A DNA stretch of 64,000 bases, from positions 186,001 to 250,000 of the forward strand of contig AP039704.1 of NCBI GenBank assembly GCA_051599415.1, given 5' to 3'. Below, one piece after another: positions 63,266 through 64,000 of this stretch (position 1 is its first letter; the number at the start of each line of letters is the position of its first letter). The notes below the pieces were generated by a model that saw nothing but the letters and a program-made list of their open reading frames with translations, did no database searches and had not been told where the DNA came from. This DNA is from Savitreella phatthalungensis. Taxonomy: Eukaryota. A program made the position numbers and the translations under genes.

Positions 63266-64000
63266 ATGTTGTCGTCGAGATTGCTTGTCCTCCCTCTCGT
63301 CAGTATCGCAGATGCCATTCGGGGCCTGACTGCCTCCGATTTAATGACGGTCGGCCCTACGACAGGGATCGAGCACAAACAAGAGTTGAGAGTGTGTGAT
63401 GTCCGCGATTATGGTGCGAGAGTTGACGATCCTGGCGCCGATCTAGCTTTGCCGCTTCTGAGGGCGTGGAAGGCGTGTACGACTGGGGGGATTGTCCACA
63501 TCGGCCCAGGGAACTGGACCTTGAGAGAAAATGTCACACTTAAAGGCGGTGCAGGGATCGCCGTGCGACTCGACGGTATCATAGATGTCCGAATGGAGTC
63601 AGCCGATACCGCACTCGTTTTCGTCGATTGTGACGATCTCGAGTTCTTCTCTCCCATGGGCGCCGGTGGAATTCAAGGCAACGGCTATAGCCGCAGGCAG
63701 CAATCCAACACGGACCCGGCTCGAGGTCAGCGCATTCTGCGCTTGATCAATTCCTCGAACATATCTATCCACGACTTGCGCTTCGCAGACGCCGAAGCGT
63801 TTGTCATTGTCGTGCAGACGAGCTGCAATGTCGAACTCTATAATCTGGCAATCAGCCAGCCAGACATCGGGGGCACGGATGCAATTGATGTGAGTGGCCA
63901 GAATATCTGGATACACGACGTGATGGCCCAGGGAAAGGATGAGTGTATCACAATAAAGTCTCCATCTGATCGCATCCTGGTCGAGCAAATTCACTGCAAT
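63266..64000 (+). CDS. GH28 endo-rhamnogalacturonase (RhgA-like), secreted, 3' truncated by window
   Basis: Manual translation: MLSSRLLVLPLVSIADA (signal peptide)...VGPTT...VCDVRDYGA...AWKACTTGG...LDGII...IQGNGY...GGTDAIDVSGQNIWIHDV..KDECITIKSP..ILVEQIHCN, colinear with Aspergillus RhgA motifs as recalled. Confidence 0.9.
   Translation, partial: MLSSRLLVLPLVSIADAIRGLTASDLMTVGPTTGIEHKQELRVCDVRDYGARVDDPGADLALPLLRAWKACTTGGIVHIGPGNWTLRENVTLKGGAGIAVRLDGIIDVRMESADTALVFVDCDDLEFFSPMGAGGIQGNGYSRRQQSNTDPARGQRILRLINSSNISIHDLRFADAEAFVIVVQTSCNVELYNLAISQPDIGGTDAIDVSGQNIWIHDVMAQGKDECITIKSPSDRILVEQIHCN

Overview
Gene-dense, almost intron-free eukaryotic DNA from a fungus. It is most likely a Taphrinomycotina-type yeast, inferred from Ish1-, Meu6-, Pof5-like genes and a Put2 lacking a mitochondrial leader; the pectinase suggests a plant-associated lifestyle. 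About 27 protein-coding genes are supported, mostly housekeeping: BAT (partial), SCY1, RPL35, ish1-like, ORC1, F-box, MSS116, SAM synthetase, UBTD, Meu6-like PH, VSB1, Cdc15-like kinase with C1 domain, TRM8, VID24/GID4, SSK2, MDM1-like nexin, SEC13, GCD1, PUT2, homeobox, NUG1, APQ12, RSC7, DIS3. A GH28 rhamnogalacturonase runs off the right end and is missing from the ORF track. No tRNA, rRNA, transposon or CRISPR was recognised. The main non-coding signals are four: (1) a ~50-bp element duplicated on both sides of the ish1-like gene; (2) AGCAC arrays with a shared 16-mer upstream of RPL35 and SAM synthetase; (3) AT-rich intergenic islands built from short palindromes; (4) a hairpin 3' of SAM synthetase. 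Protein oddities include a homeodomain with Asn51 replaced by Glu and an HCD kinase fused to a C1 domain. All family assignments come from recalled motifs, not database searches.
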